Positions 43,301 through 51,538 of a stretch of DNA of 51,538 nt are shown here, one piece after another. The DNA comes from Candidatus Komeilibacteria bacterium S5_K13 (GTDB lineage Bacteria > Patescibacteriota > Patescibacteriia > UBA1558 > S5-K13). The stretch's first letter is position 1. The number at the start of each line of letters is the position of its first letter. Under the pieces are notes generated by a model, which saw only the letters and a program-made list of their open reading frames with translations, was not told the origin of the DNA and ran no database searches. Both the position numbers and the translations under genes were made by a program. The stretch covers positions 1-51,538 of the forward strand of contig JAEHGL010000003.1 in assembly GCA_019248485.1 (NCBI GenBank). Direction: 5' to 3'.

Positions 43301-46300
43301 TAATTAATATCAATTTTTGATATAGGACTTAGATCGTTTTGTATTGTTCCTATTTGAGTATTGTATGCTGCTGTTGTATTTGATGTATTAACACTCGTAG
43401 CTGTTCTAAAATCATCAGAGAACAAAGACGCATTGCTCATTATAGAAGAATAGTTTGCTGTTATGGCGTTAAATCTGTCATTTAATGTGCTATAAGTGCT
43501 TCTTCCCTCCACCACCTCATCAACTCGATCTCCAGAAATATTTCCAAGAGAATCAACCACAGTAGTGTTTCCTACTGCAAATCCGTTTGAACTTGTAACT
43601 GTTCCTCCGACGCTTATACTTGTATTAAAATTCACTACAGTATCTGCCATTATCATCCCATCACCGTCAAATTGCATATTTCCGTTTACGACTAGTGCTT
43701 GTTGTGGAGTCGTGGTTCCTATTCCAAAATATCCGCCGTCTGTCATTACAAATTGCGCAACACCATTTCCACTAGGATTAAATGATAAATAATCATTAGT
43801 TGTGTCATAACCAAGTAGTGCATAATTTCCTGCTGTTCCAATATTTATACTATTTGGTCCGAGATATAAATCCTTCCATCTGTTGGTATCTGATCCAAGA
43901 GTATAAGTGTTATCTACTGACGGTAAAATATTTCCTGTAAATGTTGCAGTTCCACCAACTGACAAATTGCCAACCGTTGAAATATCACCTGTTAATGCAG
44001 TAATAGTTGCCACACCACCGACTGATAAATCACCTGAGAATAAAGAACTTCCAGATGACGAAATTTTTAATCCTGTATTTCCATAATAATAAGCATCATC
44101 ACCAGAATCATAAACAGCTATATAAGAGTCATTATCTTTATTTATTATTCCTATCTCATCATTTATGGCACCCGAACTCAAAGCTAAATTCCCCTGTGTA
44201 CCACTAACCATCACTTCGTTTGTAAACAAACCATTCCCAGATTGTGTGATAGTTGCGAATCCTCCAACTGATAAATTATTTGAGAATAATGAATTACTAT
44301 TTACTCCATCTACAAGCAAGGCCCCATTGCCATAAGTATAAGTATTATCTGTTAAATTCATCTCAGCTAAAATCTGATCTCCATTACCAGAATATAGACC
44401 AACCGTATTATCTCCATCATCCCAATAATCTCCTATATATAATCCGTCTGTACCTTCTGACATAATACCTACTATATTTCCAGTTGGACTGATTGTTAGA
44501 TTTCCAGATCCGTCTGTTTCAAACGTTGTATAGTTTAAAGAATCATAGCCCAGCGTAAATTGAGGTAAGGTTGAATTTATAACATGAAGTGCTGATGATG
44601 GAGTTGAAGTTCCTATTCCAACATATCCATTTGATGGATTTACATATAATTGATTTGTATTTACTGCAAAAGCACCAGCAACCGTAGTTGAAGCTAATGT
44701 ACTTGTACCTGTAACATTTAAATTTCCTTGTACTCCAAGATTTCCAGTTGTAGTTGCGTTTGTTATTTGTAAATTTTGTAAGTTGCTAGTTCCCGTTACA
44801 AATAAATTACTTGCCAAGGTGCTTGTTCCTCCATTTGGAGTGACACGCAAATCACCAGATGAATCTGTTCCAAATGTTGTGTATTTACTTCCATCATATG
44901 CTAACGTAAATTGTTGTGCTGATGTAGATGCTACGTGAAGAGTTGAAGATGGCGTTGTTGTGCCAATACCAATTGTTCCTGAGGCATGTACATAAAGTAA
45001 TGAATTATTATTATATTTAAAATTAAAATTATTTGATGCTAAATACATACCAATATTTGTAGATGGACTATCAAACCTTGATACTAAGGTTCCATATATC
45101 CCAGCAGAAGAACTAATCCCCGTACCACTTAACCAACCATTACTGGAAATACCATATGTAGAATTGGACTCTAAATACTTACCATTATCAAATACAAGCC
45201 TACTAATAGTTGTTGTGGCTAATGTACTAGTGCCACCAACACTTAAATTTCCTGATACTACTTGATTACCAGATGTCGTAGCGTTTCCTGAGACTGTTAA
45301 AGATGAAATTGTTGTCGTAGCTAAATTGGTGAGTCCTAATACTGCCAAGTTTCCAGTTGTAGTTGCATTTGTTACTTCTAGACTAGCTAATGTTGAAAGT
45401 CCTGAAACATTAAGTGCTGATCCAATATAATGAGATCCTGTTGTTGTTACGTTTCCATATAGTAGTGTTGTTCCATTTACTGTAAATGTTGACTCCGGCG
45501 TAGTAGTACCTATTCCGACATATCCAGAACTAATATTTACAGACACACCAGCATCATCATCATAACCAGCAAATTTATAAGCCGTTTGAGCTGTATTTAC
45601 GCCAACTATAAGCTCATCATTAGCGCCATAAAGCATTCCGACCTCTCCGCCTATATTATCATAACCTATTTTTATATTATTATATGTATCTCTATCACCA
45701 AAAATTCCACCATTAGCACGTAATTGACCTAAATATTGATCTGATGCATAAATATCCAATGCATATTGTGGGGTAGTTGTTCCTATTCCGACGTTGCCAG
45801 ATGAACTTTTAAAGGTAATAATCTCACCTATATCTCCCCAAAAAATAAAATCCCTATCAAGCCCCTCATCATTACCCAATGCATAAGCTCCTGGAGAATA
45901 AGTATCATAACCAAGAATTCCAAAACCACTATAATCCTTTAATGAGCCTGATATTCTTATACTACCGTTCACCTGCAATTTATCGTTTGGACTATCTGTT
46001 CCTATTCCTACATTTCCATTTACTGGATTTACATATAACTGATTTGTATTAACTGCAAAATTTCCTGCGATTGAGGTGCTCGCAAGTGTTGTATTTCCAG
46101 TCATTACCAAACTATTTGTTCCTGTTGCATTTGTAAATGCAAGATTTAATATTGTCGATGAACTAAAAGATGCTGAGCCATTTATTATTCCTGTTACTGT
46201 TAGGTCGCCTGTGATTGTTGTAGTTGCTAAATTGGTAAATCCTAATACTGCTAAGTTTCCAGTTGTTGTTGCATGTGCTACTTGTAGATTAGCTAATGTT

Positions 46301-49300
46301 GAAAGTCCTGATACATTAAGTGCGTCAGTTACTGCAAGGCTAGAAATAGTAGTTGTGGCGAGTGTACTAGTACCAACAACTGCTAGTGTTCCTGTAAAGT
46401 TTGCAAAGCTAGAAATTGTTTGACCATTTATAAGACCGGAAGTAATTGTTCCAATATTTACAAGATTACCACTTGCATCTATTCTTTGTGTTCCAGAGTC
46501 TGCTCCAGTATTTATTCCTGTTGTACCATTTAGTGTTGTTCCTGTAATTGTATTGTTTGTAAGTATGGTTCCAAATCCTGTATTGATAGATCCTGAATTT
46601 AATACTCCTACTCCAGTTAAAGATGAATTTACAATATTTGATGGCAGTGTTGTTGTGCTAAACCATGTTGATAATGATAAATACGTTGTAGAGGCTGTAG
46701 AGCTTAATAAGTATCCTGCACTTGCATGATTGCCCCATCCATATGCACTATCCCAATATGATGAAGATGCTGTAACTGTATTGTACGTAGTGTTCCATTG
46801 TGTTGAATTTCCACCAAGAGCAGAAATAATTCCCGTTGCATCAAATGTTCCTGCAACCGTTGTTGTGGCTAAACTTGTATTTCCAAGCACTACTAAGTTT
46901 GTTCCAGTAGCACTACCAAATGTAAAATTAGTAAATGTTGATGAACTACTAATAAATGATCCGTTGATAGTTCCACCTACCGTTAAGTTACCCGATACTA
47001 CTTGATTACCAGTTGTAGTTGCATCTCCTGAAATTGCAAGGGTGGCAATTGAAGTATCGGCCAACGTCGAAGTTCCGGTTACTACAAATGTATCATCCAC
47101 TACAACATCTCCTAAATTCGCAGCTGATAATACAAGATCCAAATCAAGATAAGAAGAATTCGTTTGAACATATAGTGATGAATCACTCTTTATATATGAC
47201 GCTGTGCTGTTTGTAAATATCAAATTGTTTGCAACTGCAACATCTCCAACAGCTTCAAATGATACAGGATTAAACATGCTAATTTGCATATCAGATATTC
47301 TCATTGCTTCACTACTTCCTGCCGTGATGCTTATTGTATCATCTTCATATCTATAAAATCCTGTATTAGGATCTCCTACAAATGCGATTGAAGGATTTGT
47401 CGAAGAACCATCACTCACTGTTAAAGTTCCTTCTACTACTGCATTACCACTTACATATATTTGAGTTGATGTTGCTACTCCGTCAATTGTAAGTCCTCCG
47501 CTTGAAAGTTGAAGTAAATCAGCATTTGCAGATAGTCCAATATTGTTTCCAGCTATTTGTACATTGCCCAATGTGCTTGTTCCTACGACTCTTAAATCGG
47601 AATATATGGTTGCGTTTCCAGATACTGCAAGTGTGCCACTTGCTGATAAATTTCCTAGTGTTGTAAGATTTCCGTTTGTAGTTGTTATGGTTGCAAAATT
47701 TCCAAGTGATAAAGAATTCCCTGTTTCATATATTGATGAATTTATTGTTGTAGTTGCAGTGTCATATCTTACTAAATAACCAGCAGTTCCAGATCCTGAT
47801 AATTTATTATTAAATATTAGCCAATCTGAATTTTGAAGTTGCCCAGTATTTACAGCTGATGCTATTGGCATATTAAAAGTATGCGTAAAACCAGATGAGA
47901 CAATATTGAAAATACTTCCACCAGTTCCCGTTGCAAAAGTTTGAGTAGAAGCTGTAAGACCATTCAAATTAACCAGCGCATTTCCTCCTACTATTGTAGA
48001 AGTTGATACCCATTGTGTAGAAGTTCCAGTAGATCTTAGTATCATATCGCTCGACCCCACACTGTCAGTAGAATCTTTGAGTGATCCCAATAAACTAAGT
48101 TCTGTGATTGATGTTGTAGCAAGTGTTGAAGTTCCAGAGACATTTAGATTTCCCAATACTACTTGATTGCCAGTTGTTGTTGAGTTTGTTACTTGCAAGT
48201 TTTGTAAGTTGCTAGTTCCTGTCACAAATAAATTACTTGAGAGAGTTGTGGTTCCACCATTTGGAGTGACTCTTAAATCACCACTAGCATCTGTTCCAAA
48301 TGTTGTATATTTTGTTCCGCTATATCCCAATGTAAATTGGGATCCTGATGTATTTACTAAATGAAGAGTTGAGGATGGTGCTGAAGTGCCAATACCCAAG
48401 TTACCAGCAATACTCATTAACATTTTTGTACTATTAGCAATCATAAAATTAATACTTCCATTTGGCGCGTTAAGATAAGTGTTTGTAGCTCTAGAAACTA
48501 ATGCATAATTACTTTGAGACGGAGTAACAGACGAACTCCAAATACTACCCCCGGTAGCATCATATTCACCGAAAATTAATCCTCCACCCGCCGAGCCTTT
48601 GATTCGTATTGGGTAATTATTTACACCAAGAATATCAAGTTTATATTCAGGGCTATTTGTTCCAACTCCGATATAACCACTCGTTGAACTTACATATAAT
48701 TGATCTGTATTAACACTAAAATTTCCTGCAATAGTTGTGCTAGCAAGTGTTGAAGTTCCAAAGACTCTTAATGTTCCACTTGCTGATATACTTCCCAAAG
48801 TTCCAAAATCTCCTATTGCAGTAATTGTTGATCGTCCTCCAATTCCTAAAACGCTACCATCTTCATATAATATTGAAGATGCAGATATTGTATTTGCATC
48901 AGACCATTTTGTTAAATAATTTGTTGTTCCTGTAATTCCTGTAAAGGCTCCTGTAGCATTTCCCTTTAACATTCCAGTAAGAGTTGTTGTTCCTGTTCCA
49001 CCGTATGCAACTGCAATAGTATTTCCATTCCAAGTCCCTGATGAAATAGTTCCAAGCGACAAATTTCCACCCAAACTAACATTACCCATTAATTCTATAA
49101 TTGGAGCTGTTAATGAAATTGTATTTCCTGCAACTTGTCTAATCATTGAATGCGCACCATTTGCAGTTAAGACAATATCTGAATAATCTACGCCAGTCAA
49201 AATTGATATATCACCACTTGAATTATTTACTAAATTCAAAGAGTATGGAGATCCACCGTTAGAAGGAACTGTAATATCAACACCGCTAACACCATCAACC

Positions 49301-51538
49301 TTTACAGTGCTTGACGATTGAACATATAAATTACCAGTTTCAGATATAAGCTTAAGATTACCAGATCCAGTTGTCTTAACATCCACATTTTGATTTATGT
49401 CTGTTGAAAAAGTTATTGTATTAGAATTATCTGAAATAACCTTTCGTCCATTTACATAAAGTGAATTTGGACCAACGTGCATTTCAGAAGTATATATGTC
49501 TTGAAATTGTGCATCTCTACTTCCCAACACTCTTACAGACACACTTGCAGTAGATCCTGTCATGTCTGGTATTAAATTACCAGCTAATGTTGTTGTTGCC
49601 AGCCTTGTATAACCTGTCATTACCAAACTATTTGTTCCTGTTGCATTTGCAAAAACCAAATTATCAATTGTAGATGATGTAAATAATCCTGTTCCAACGA
49701 CTGTTCCATTTATTGTTAATAATCCATTAATTGTTGTGCTAGCTAAATTTGTAAACCCTAATACTGCTAAGTCTCCAGTTGTAGTTGCATTACCATTTAC
49801 TATTAAACCAGTCGAGGTAACAACACCATTAATATTTAATCCGTTATTTGAAAGCGTTAAAAGATTTAGATTTCCTGATACTCCAATATTATTTCCTGAT
49901 ATTTGAACATTTCCTAATGTTGATATTCCATTAACTAATAAATTTGAAATAGTTGTAGATGCTAATGTAGTTGTTCCGTTTACCGTTAGGTCTCCTGAAA
50001 TTATTCCACCTCCTAGTCCTAGATACATTGAACTAGCTGTAGCTACTGTGAGGTAGCCTGCATCATTTGTCCATTGACTAATTGTTGATGTTGCAAAATG
50101 TGATACTTGAAGTGTTCCTGAAGCAAGAGTCCAAATTGGATCTGTTTCTGTATATGATGTTAAGTAGCCTGCAAGTGAATGATTGCCCCATCCATATGCA
50201 CTATCCCAATATGATGAAGATGCCGTAACTGCATTGTAAGTACTATTCCATTGTGTTGAATTTCCGCCAAATGCAGAGATAATTCCTGTTGCATCAAAGC
50301 TTCCTGCAACTGATGTGCTAGCTAAATTTGTGTTTCCAAGAACCGCTAAGTTTGTTCCAGTAGCACTGGCAAATATTAAATTAGTAAATGTTGAAGACGT
50401 GCTAACAAATGAACCGTTGATAGTGCCAGATACTGTTAAGTTACCCTCCACTACTTGATTGCCGGTTGTTGTTGCATTACCGTTTACTACCAATGCTCCA
50501 TTTACTGTTGTAGTTGCTAAATCAACAAAACCTAATACTGCAAGATTACCAGTTGTAGTTGCATTTGTAACTTGCAAATTAGCAAGAATTGAAAGTCCTG
50601 ATACATTTAATCCGTCTGTTACTGCAAGGCTAGAAATAGAGGTGCTAGCAAGTGTGCTAGTTCCTGATACTTCTAATAATCCTAAATTATATATTCCGGT
50701 TGAAGTAACGACGCCACTAATTGTCAAATTACTTGCCAAAGTGCTAGTTCCTGCAACATTGTTAATAACCAAATCACGGTTACCATAATAATATATACCC
50801 GCATTCGAATAACTGGCTATTACTTCATCACCAGCAGTACTATACAAGCCCATTTCATAAGGATAAGCAAAATAACCACTCATTAATATCATTTCATTAG
50901 AATAAAAAGCGTTAGCGCCAATATTACCGTTGGTAAAAATTAATCCAGATGTTGAATTAATATTTAATTGACCAGATGCGTCTGTTCCAAATGTTGTATA
51001 GCTTGCTTCACTATATCCTAATGTTAATTGCGTTGTTGAAGTTGATACCACATGAAGAGTTGATGATGGAGTCGTTGTTCCTATTCCAATGTTTCCAGTA
51101 TTGTAATAAATATCATTTCCCGAAGTCGTCCATTGAGATCCAATATACTTAGAACCATTTACATATAAATCTGTTGCATTTACAATACCGTTTACGTCAA
51201 AAGTAAAATTTGGAGATGTTGTTCCAATCCCCACTCTATTGTTTGTGCTATCCACAAACAATGTATCAGTGTCTACAACTAAATCACTTAGCAATGTCGT
51301 TGTCCCTGAAATATTTAGTGTTCCTACACTTGCAATGTTTCCATTACTTGCTGTGATGGTTGCATGTCCTCCGACTGATAAATCTCCTGTAAAGTTAGCT
51401 CCTGACAAAAGTGCATATCCTTTTGTCGAATGATCGCCCCATGAGTAAGCTGTGTTCCAATTTAAATAATTTGAATTTACAATATTTGAATTATTGTTCC
51501 AATATGTTGTTGATGCAGTAAGAGGAATATTGTAATCA
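37345..51538 (-). CDS. Giant (at least 4730 aa, 5'-truncated by the window) repetitive surface/fibre protein with phage tail-fibre-like repeats, beta-propeller, two peptidase-G2/IMC-like domains and two pectin-lyase-like beta-helices
   Basis: The frame stays open upstream of the TTG at 51408 to the window end (DYNIPLTAST...WNTAYSWGDHSTKGY). About 11 (V/I)GIGTTTP-type motifs, 3 W..AY.WG(N/D)H motifs, ADYAEYF and SGYAQMM domains, VAKSGGDF and VAKQGGDY motifs. Confidence 0.9.
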   Translation of the reverse strand, partial: DYNIPLTASTTYWNNNSNIVNSNYLNWNTAYSWGDHSTKGYALLSGANFTGDLSVGGHATITASNGNIASVGTLNISGTTTLLSDLVVDTDTLFVDSTNNRVGIGTTSPNFTFDVNGIVNATDLYVNGSKYIGSQWTTSGNDIYYNTGNIGIGTTTPSSTLHVVSTSTTQLTLGYSEASYTTFGTDASGQLNINSTSGLIFTNGNIGANAFYSNEMILMSGYFAYPYEMGLYSTAGDEVIASYSNAGIYYYGNRDLVINNVAGTSTLASNLTISGVVTSTGIYNLGLLEVSGTSTLASTSISSLAVTDGLNVSGLSILANLQVTNATTTGNLAVLGFVDLATTTVNGALVVNGNATTTGNQVVEGNLTVSGTINGSFVSTSSTFTNLIFASATGTNLAVLGNTNLASTSVAGSFDATGIISAFGGNSTQWNSTYNAVTASSSYWDSAYGWGNHSLAGYLTSYTETDPIWTLASGTLQVSHFATSTISQWTNDAGYLTVATASSMYLGLGGGIISGDLTVNGTTTLASTTISNLLVNGISTLGNVQISGNNIGVSGNLNLLTLSNNGLNINGVVTSTGLIVNGNATTTGDLAVLGFTNLASTTINGLLTINGTVVGTGLFTSSTIDNLVFANATGTNSLVMTGYTRLATTTLAGNLIPDMTGSTASVSVRVLGSRDAQFQDIYTSEMHVGPNSLYVNGRKVISDNSNTITFSTDINQNVDVKTTGSGNLKLISETGNLYVQSSSTVKVDGVSGVDITVPSNGGSPYSLNLVNNSSGDISILTGVDYSDIVLTANGAHSMIRQVAGNTISLTAPIIELMGNVSLGGNLSLGTISSGTWNGNTIAVAYGGTGTTTLTGMLKGNATGAFTGITGTTNYLTKWSDANTISASSILYEDGSVLGIGGRSTITAIGDFGTLGSISASGTLRVFGTSTLASTTIAGNFSVNTDQLYVSSTSGYIGVGTNSPEYKLDILGVNNYPIRIKGSAGGGLIFGEYDATGGSIWSSSVTPSQSNYALVSRATNTYLNAPNGSINFMIANSTKMLMSIAGNLGIGTSAPSSTLHLVNTSGSQFTLGYSGTKYTTFGTDASGDLRVTPNGGTTTLSSNLFVTGTSNLQNLQVTNSTTTGNQVVLGNLNVSGTSTLATTSITELSLLGSLKDSTDSVGSSDMILRSTGTSTQWVSTSTIVGGNALVNLNGLTASTQTFATGTGGSIFNIVSSGFTHTFNMPIASAVNTGQLQNSDWLIFNNKLSGSGTAGYLVRYDTATTTINSSIYETGNSLSLGNFATITTTNGNLTTLGNLSASGTLAVSGNATIYSDLRVVGTSTLGNVQIAGNNIGLSANADLLQLSSGGLTIDGVATSTQIYVSGNAVVEGTLTVSDGSSTNPSIAFVGDPNTGFYRYEDDTISITAGSSEAMRISDMQISMFNPVSFEAVGDVAVANNLIFTNSTASYIKSDSSLYVQTNSSYLDLDLVLSAANLGDVVVDDTFVVTGTSTLADTSIATLAISGDATTTGNQVVSGNLTVGGTINGSFISSSSTFTNFTFGSATGTNLVVLGNTSLATTTVAGTFDATGIISALGGNSTQWNTTYNTVTASSSYWDSAYGWGNHASAGYLLSSTASTTYLSLSTWFSTTTLPSNIVNSSLTGVGVLNSGSINTGFGTILTNNTITGTTLNGTTGINTGADSGTQRIDASGNLVNIGTITSGLINGQTISSFANFTGTLAVVGTSTLATTTISSLAVTDALNVSGLSTLANLQVAHATTTGNLAVLGFTNLATTTITGDLTVTGIINGSASFSSSTILNLAFTNATGTNSLVMTGNTTLASTSIAGNFAVNTNQLYVNPVNGNVGIGTDSPNDKLQVNGSIRISGSLKDYSGFGILGYDTYSPGAYALGNDEGLDRDFIFWGDIGEIITFKSSSGNVGIGTTTPQYALDIYASDQYLGQLRANGGIFGDRDTYNNIKIGYDNIGGEVGMLYGANDELIVGVNTAQTAYKFAGYDDDAGVSVNISSGYVGIGTTTPESTFTVNGTTLLYGNVTTTGSHYIGSALNVSGLSTLASLEVTNATTTGNLAVLGLTNLATTTISSLTVSGNATTSGNQVVSGNLSVGGTSTLATTTISRLVFDNGKYLESNSTYGISSNGWLSGTGISSSAGIYGTLVSRFDSPSTNIGMYLASNNFNFKYNNNSLLYVHASGTIGIGTTTPSSTLHVASTSAQQFTLAYDGSKYTTFGTDSSGDLRVTPNGGTSTLASNLFVTGTSNLQNLQITNATTTGNLGVQGNLNVTGTSTLASTTVAGAFAVNTNQLYVNPSNGYVGIGTSTPSSALHVINSTLPQFTLGYDSLNYTTFETDGSGNLTISPTGNIVGIMSEGTDGLYIGDYWDDGDNTVGLYSGNGDQILAEMNLTDNTYTYGNGALLVDGVNSNSLFSNNLSVGGFATITQSGNGLFTNEVMVSGTQGNLALSSGAINDEIGIINKDNDSYIAVYDSGDDAYYYGNTGLKISSSGSSLFSGDLSVGGVATITALTGDISTVGNLSVGGTATFTGNILPSVDNTYTLGSDTNRWKDLYLGPNSINIGTAGNYALLGYDTTNDYLSFNPSGNGVAQFVMTDGGYFGIGTTTPQQALVVNGNMQFDGDGMIMADTVVNFNTSISVGGTVTSSNGFAVGNTTVVDSLGNISGDRVDEVVEGRSTYSTLNDRFNAITANYSSIMSNASLFSDDFRTATSVNTSNTTAAYNTQIGTIQNDLSPISKIDINYGYGDSMRALSGNIIYGNKLYMATYGYGVKVLDLDTESIANQWNTTSVPALTINNFSSIAYDYDRNDIYVGMYSGAPGLVKIDVDANTITTYTTAHGLKSNSIGSGVGNVMYYYNNKVYLFPSGNYMQVFNVASGTFTDYGSASGLPQTNYTDVIANGNELYISNISGFYIWNMDTDTLTKRYYANGPQGLYNYTNTIYASWQDPDDSDIVWLSGANSWQKLSKANGWQEFHRTDEELGISTASRYTSIRKIGNQIWLGSYAGMSPSGYLVYDLNVDDYFVISSDFKVTGEGVSSGYNLTPLYYNGYYYFSFYSLADVYKSQLIFDTSSIFETNVIINSANDITSAKLIDNSVVGTGNAIDWYLSADNGVNWEGPVTPNVLWEFTNIGKQVKAKAVMTAGVGTTPIIKGITVTAFDGDTWAGEGSNTVETEVIQARSSATYGIFASLDLRLEDIDTKIGLAVTSTHTHDDRYLQVSGGTVSGSVVVSGNVTSNHMYTNADSTYNLGSSSAYWLNTYSDNVYFNSTAYLSGTTAGTITVNGKLGVGTTTPSAFLQIYNATSTPTVAMFAISTSTSGGGANIFKVTADGNVTADGSFTSPAADYAEYFYTNNTDLVSGEAVCIDVTRNNSVARCTRLSDTNIIGIVSTKPAMLGNGKEEYENNPNYKMIALLGQIPAYVINENGNINPGDSLTSASRSGYLMKANPGDSTVGIALESLSSDSGSINVLISRRNKSLTVEQIENQITDRIANMEMEDEVAIMISGAISNYNFASTTESIINNSLDIVYDSLDQTSDTVAILADEINRLKGSDYKTNVWDFIRNADSIGNLYQVNLQSVDSYGFGDFNDIYVTGENATGYSIYNKLSTALDGKAQTAFGNYTELQTSDSVDVNYGSYIVSASDSKAGTQIGQYINLNSASTTNWAIFVDNLGGKSYFGDNVLVGAEVPVLSWTEFNMTGDDLFVKGDIGVGGDMFVDGTLSVKGNAEFLGDLLVIGDIYSSGSFKSSNSGYAQMMELADSNFEYGDVVVLGDSNSVKLSDRANSSNILGIIAEKPAFISGNSETGKPIVTMGASLVNVTASNGLIKKGDYLTTSNEIGKAQKASKLGAGVIGIAMEDMEGGHDQIAISVQIGYFNNHGITIEVAKSGGDFENILSAMSSITDSSESKRYVINIKAGEYSETITLKPYVDVVCENSSNTIIIGSSAPAVIGANNSRIENCSLKSTGSVSNVSVVSILGSSPVINNNRIISEVSGATGINIENTTASNINPVISENEFIGSMNQGIVNFASDNDMIVMNNNIQNVSGQAIATLNGIITSSGNIFKGLLVDINIGENGKLLSTNDKFETFENLGTFIDFTGNGNKLAHYVIDGFMLESTSTQNSLVATLSSGEAYINGVYVSTKPARQVMLLPNVENYIYIDSNGEILVTSIRSDENKVLLSVAKTNESSILAISNDRQNEVVVAKQGGDYTSISEALSKIKLNSANNRWLITVKPGIYNEQVILKPYVDIVGSGRENTRITQINHSALIASSKSSVSNMTIANYGDEIGQEVITITASSTDSDKFSFDLTNVLIDYNKSDFAMATASSSAIKIVSGFDNENLATGSTSSASLVDLKFNSIETKNVDIAINWSLYDENWSATSSARMLSHIDISASRLSSNYSDIKTTALTGDILNSSEYVDTTNAVSLITSSYNLYSGNNLSFDLGNGTKLTTSHDNYGKVVGSNALVLNDFNRNVAQYDDLWVLQNGGQRIMSVNGNGNILMSPQNVALDSFSMSQNISSTTLTVVATDDNVSANFFGRVVISPSLNASGTPSGIAELMFSSDGVISANGNKLQVGKTGDTVDLNVEGVAYILPDSAVRDTITAYVDVPRVDTRVWGNGENSWRPAEDIKILKLKAQYKCGDGGSISLRLEDKNNSELATISGGNCSNGYANIESDNLNINLTSEDGMHVTVTQVSSGGEESEDPSQLTITVEYVYRRDLASGNSNKNNN

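Noticed and set aside
44680-50680. Diversity-generating retroelement TR/VR pair
   Set aside because: Differences between the duplicated blocks are not adenine-specific, the blocks are mid-gene, and no reverse transcriptase is in the window.
3311-51433. Many 60-170-aa ORFs antisense to or nested within long genes (e.g. 3311-3826, 14763-15137, 41909-42340, 46076-46423)
   Set aside because: They are shadow ORFs fully inside well-supported genes; the repetitive Thr/Val-rich antisense frames lack stops for compositional reasons.
37345-51538. Prophage
   Set aside because: Only fibre-like motifs within one gene; no capsid, terminase, portal, integrase or att site is seen in the window.
1-51538. 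Alternative genetic code (UGA recoding as in Gracilibacteria/Absconditabacteria)
   Set aside because: Conserved genes are full length under the standard code, and TGA acts as the stop in ATGA overlaps (e.g. amrS at 4046).

Overview
AT-rich bacterial chromosome segment, about 30% GC by eye. Almost all genes are on the minus strand, and only 3027-6279 is on plus. Gene content and style point to Patescibacteria/CPR (Parcubacteria-like); this is inference, as no marker rRNA is present. Left to right the window holds: a partial argS; a surface-glycan cluster (2 GT4, 3 GT2 and an O-antigen-ligase-family protein) interrupted by an orphan structured RNA, an AmmeMemoRadiSam-type block and a 1105-aa helical-repeat gene; a compact fermentation block (pfkB-pduL-ackA-2-oxoacid:ferredoxin oxidoreductase alpha/beta/gamma-gap) with two unknown genes wedged in; housekeeping genes (rplY, tgt, recO, ileS); a merR gene with a duplicated N-terminal fragment; a 1.28-kaa DUF2341/fibrinogen-like/4xLamG surface protein; a DUF559 nuclease bracketed by REP-like C-rich palindromes; and a giant protein of at least 4730 aa, open at the window end, built from phage tail-fibre-like modules with two internal intramolecular-chaperone domains. 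Best candidates for undescribed biology are the palindrome-flanked DUF559 cassette, the giant self-processing fibre-like protein, the orphan ncRNA and a TGT that has lost all four zinc ligands. No CRISPR array, rRNA, tRNA, integrase, transposase or reverse transcriptase was seen. All family calls are by motif recognition, not database search.
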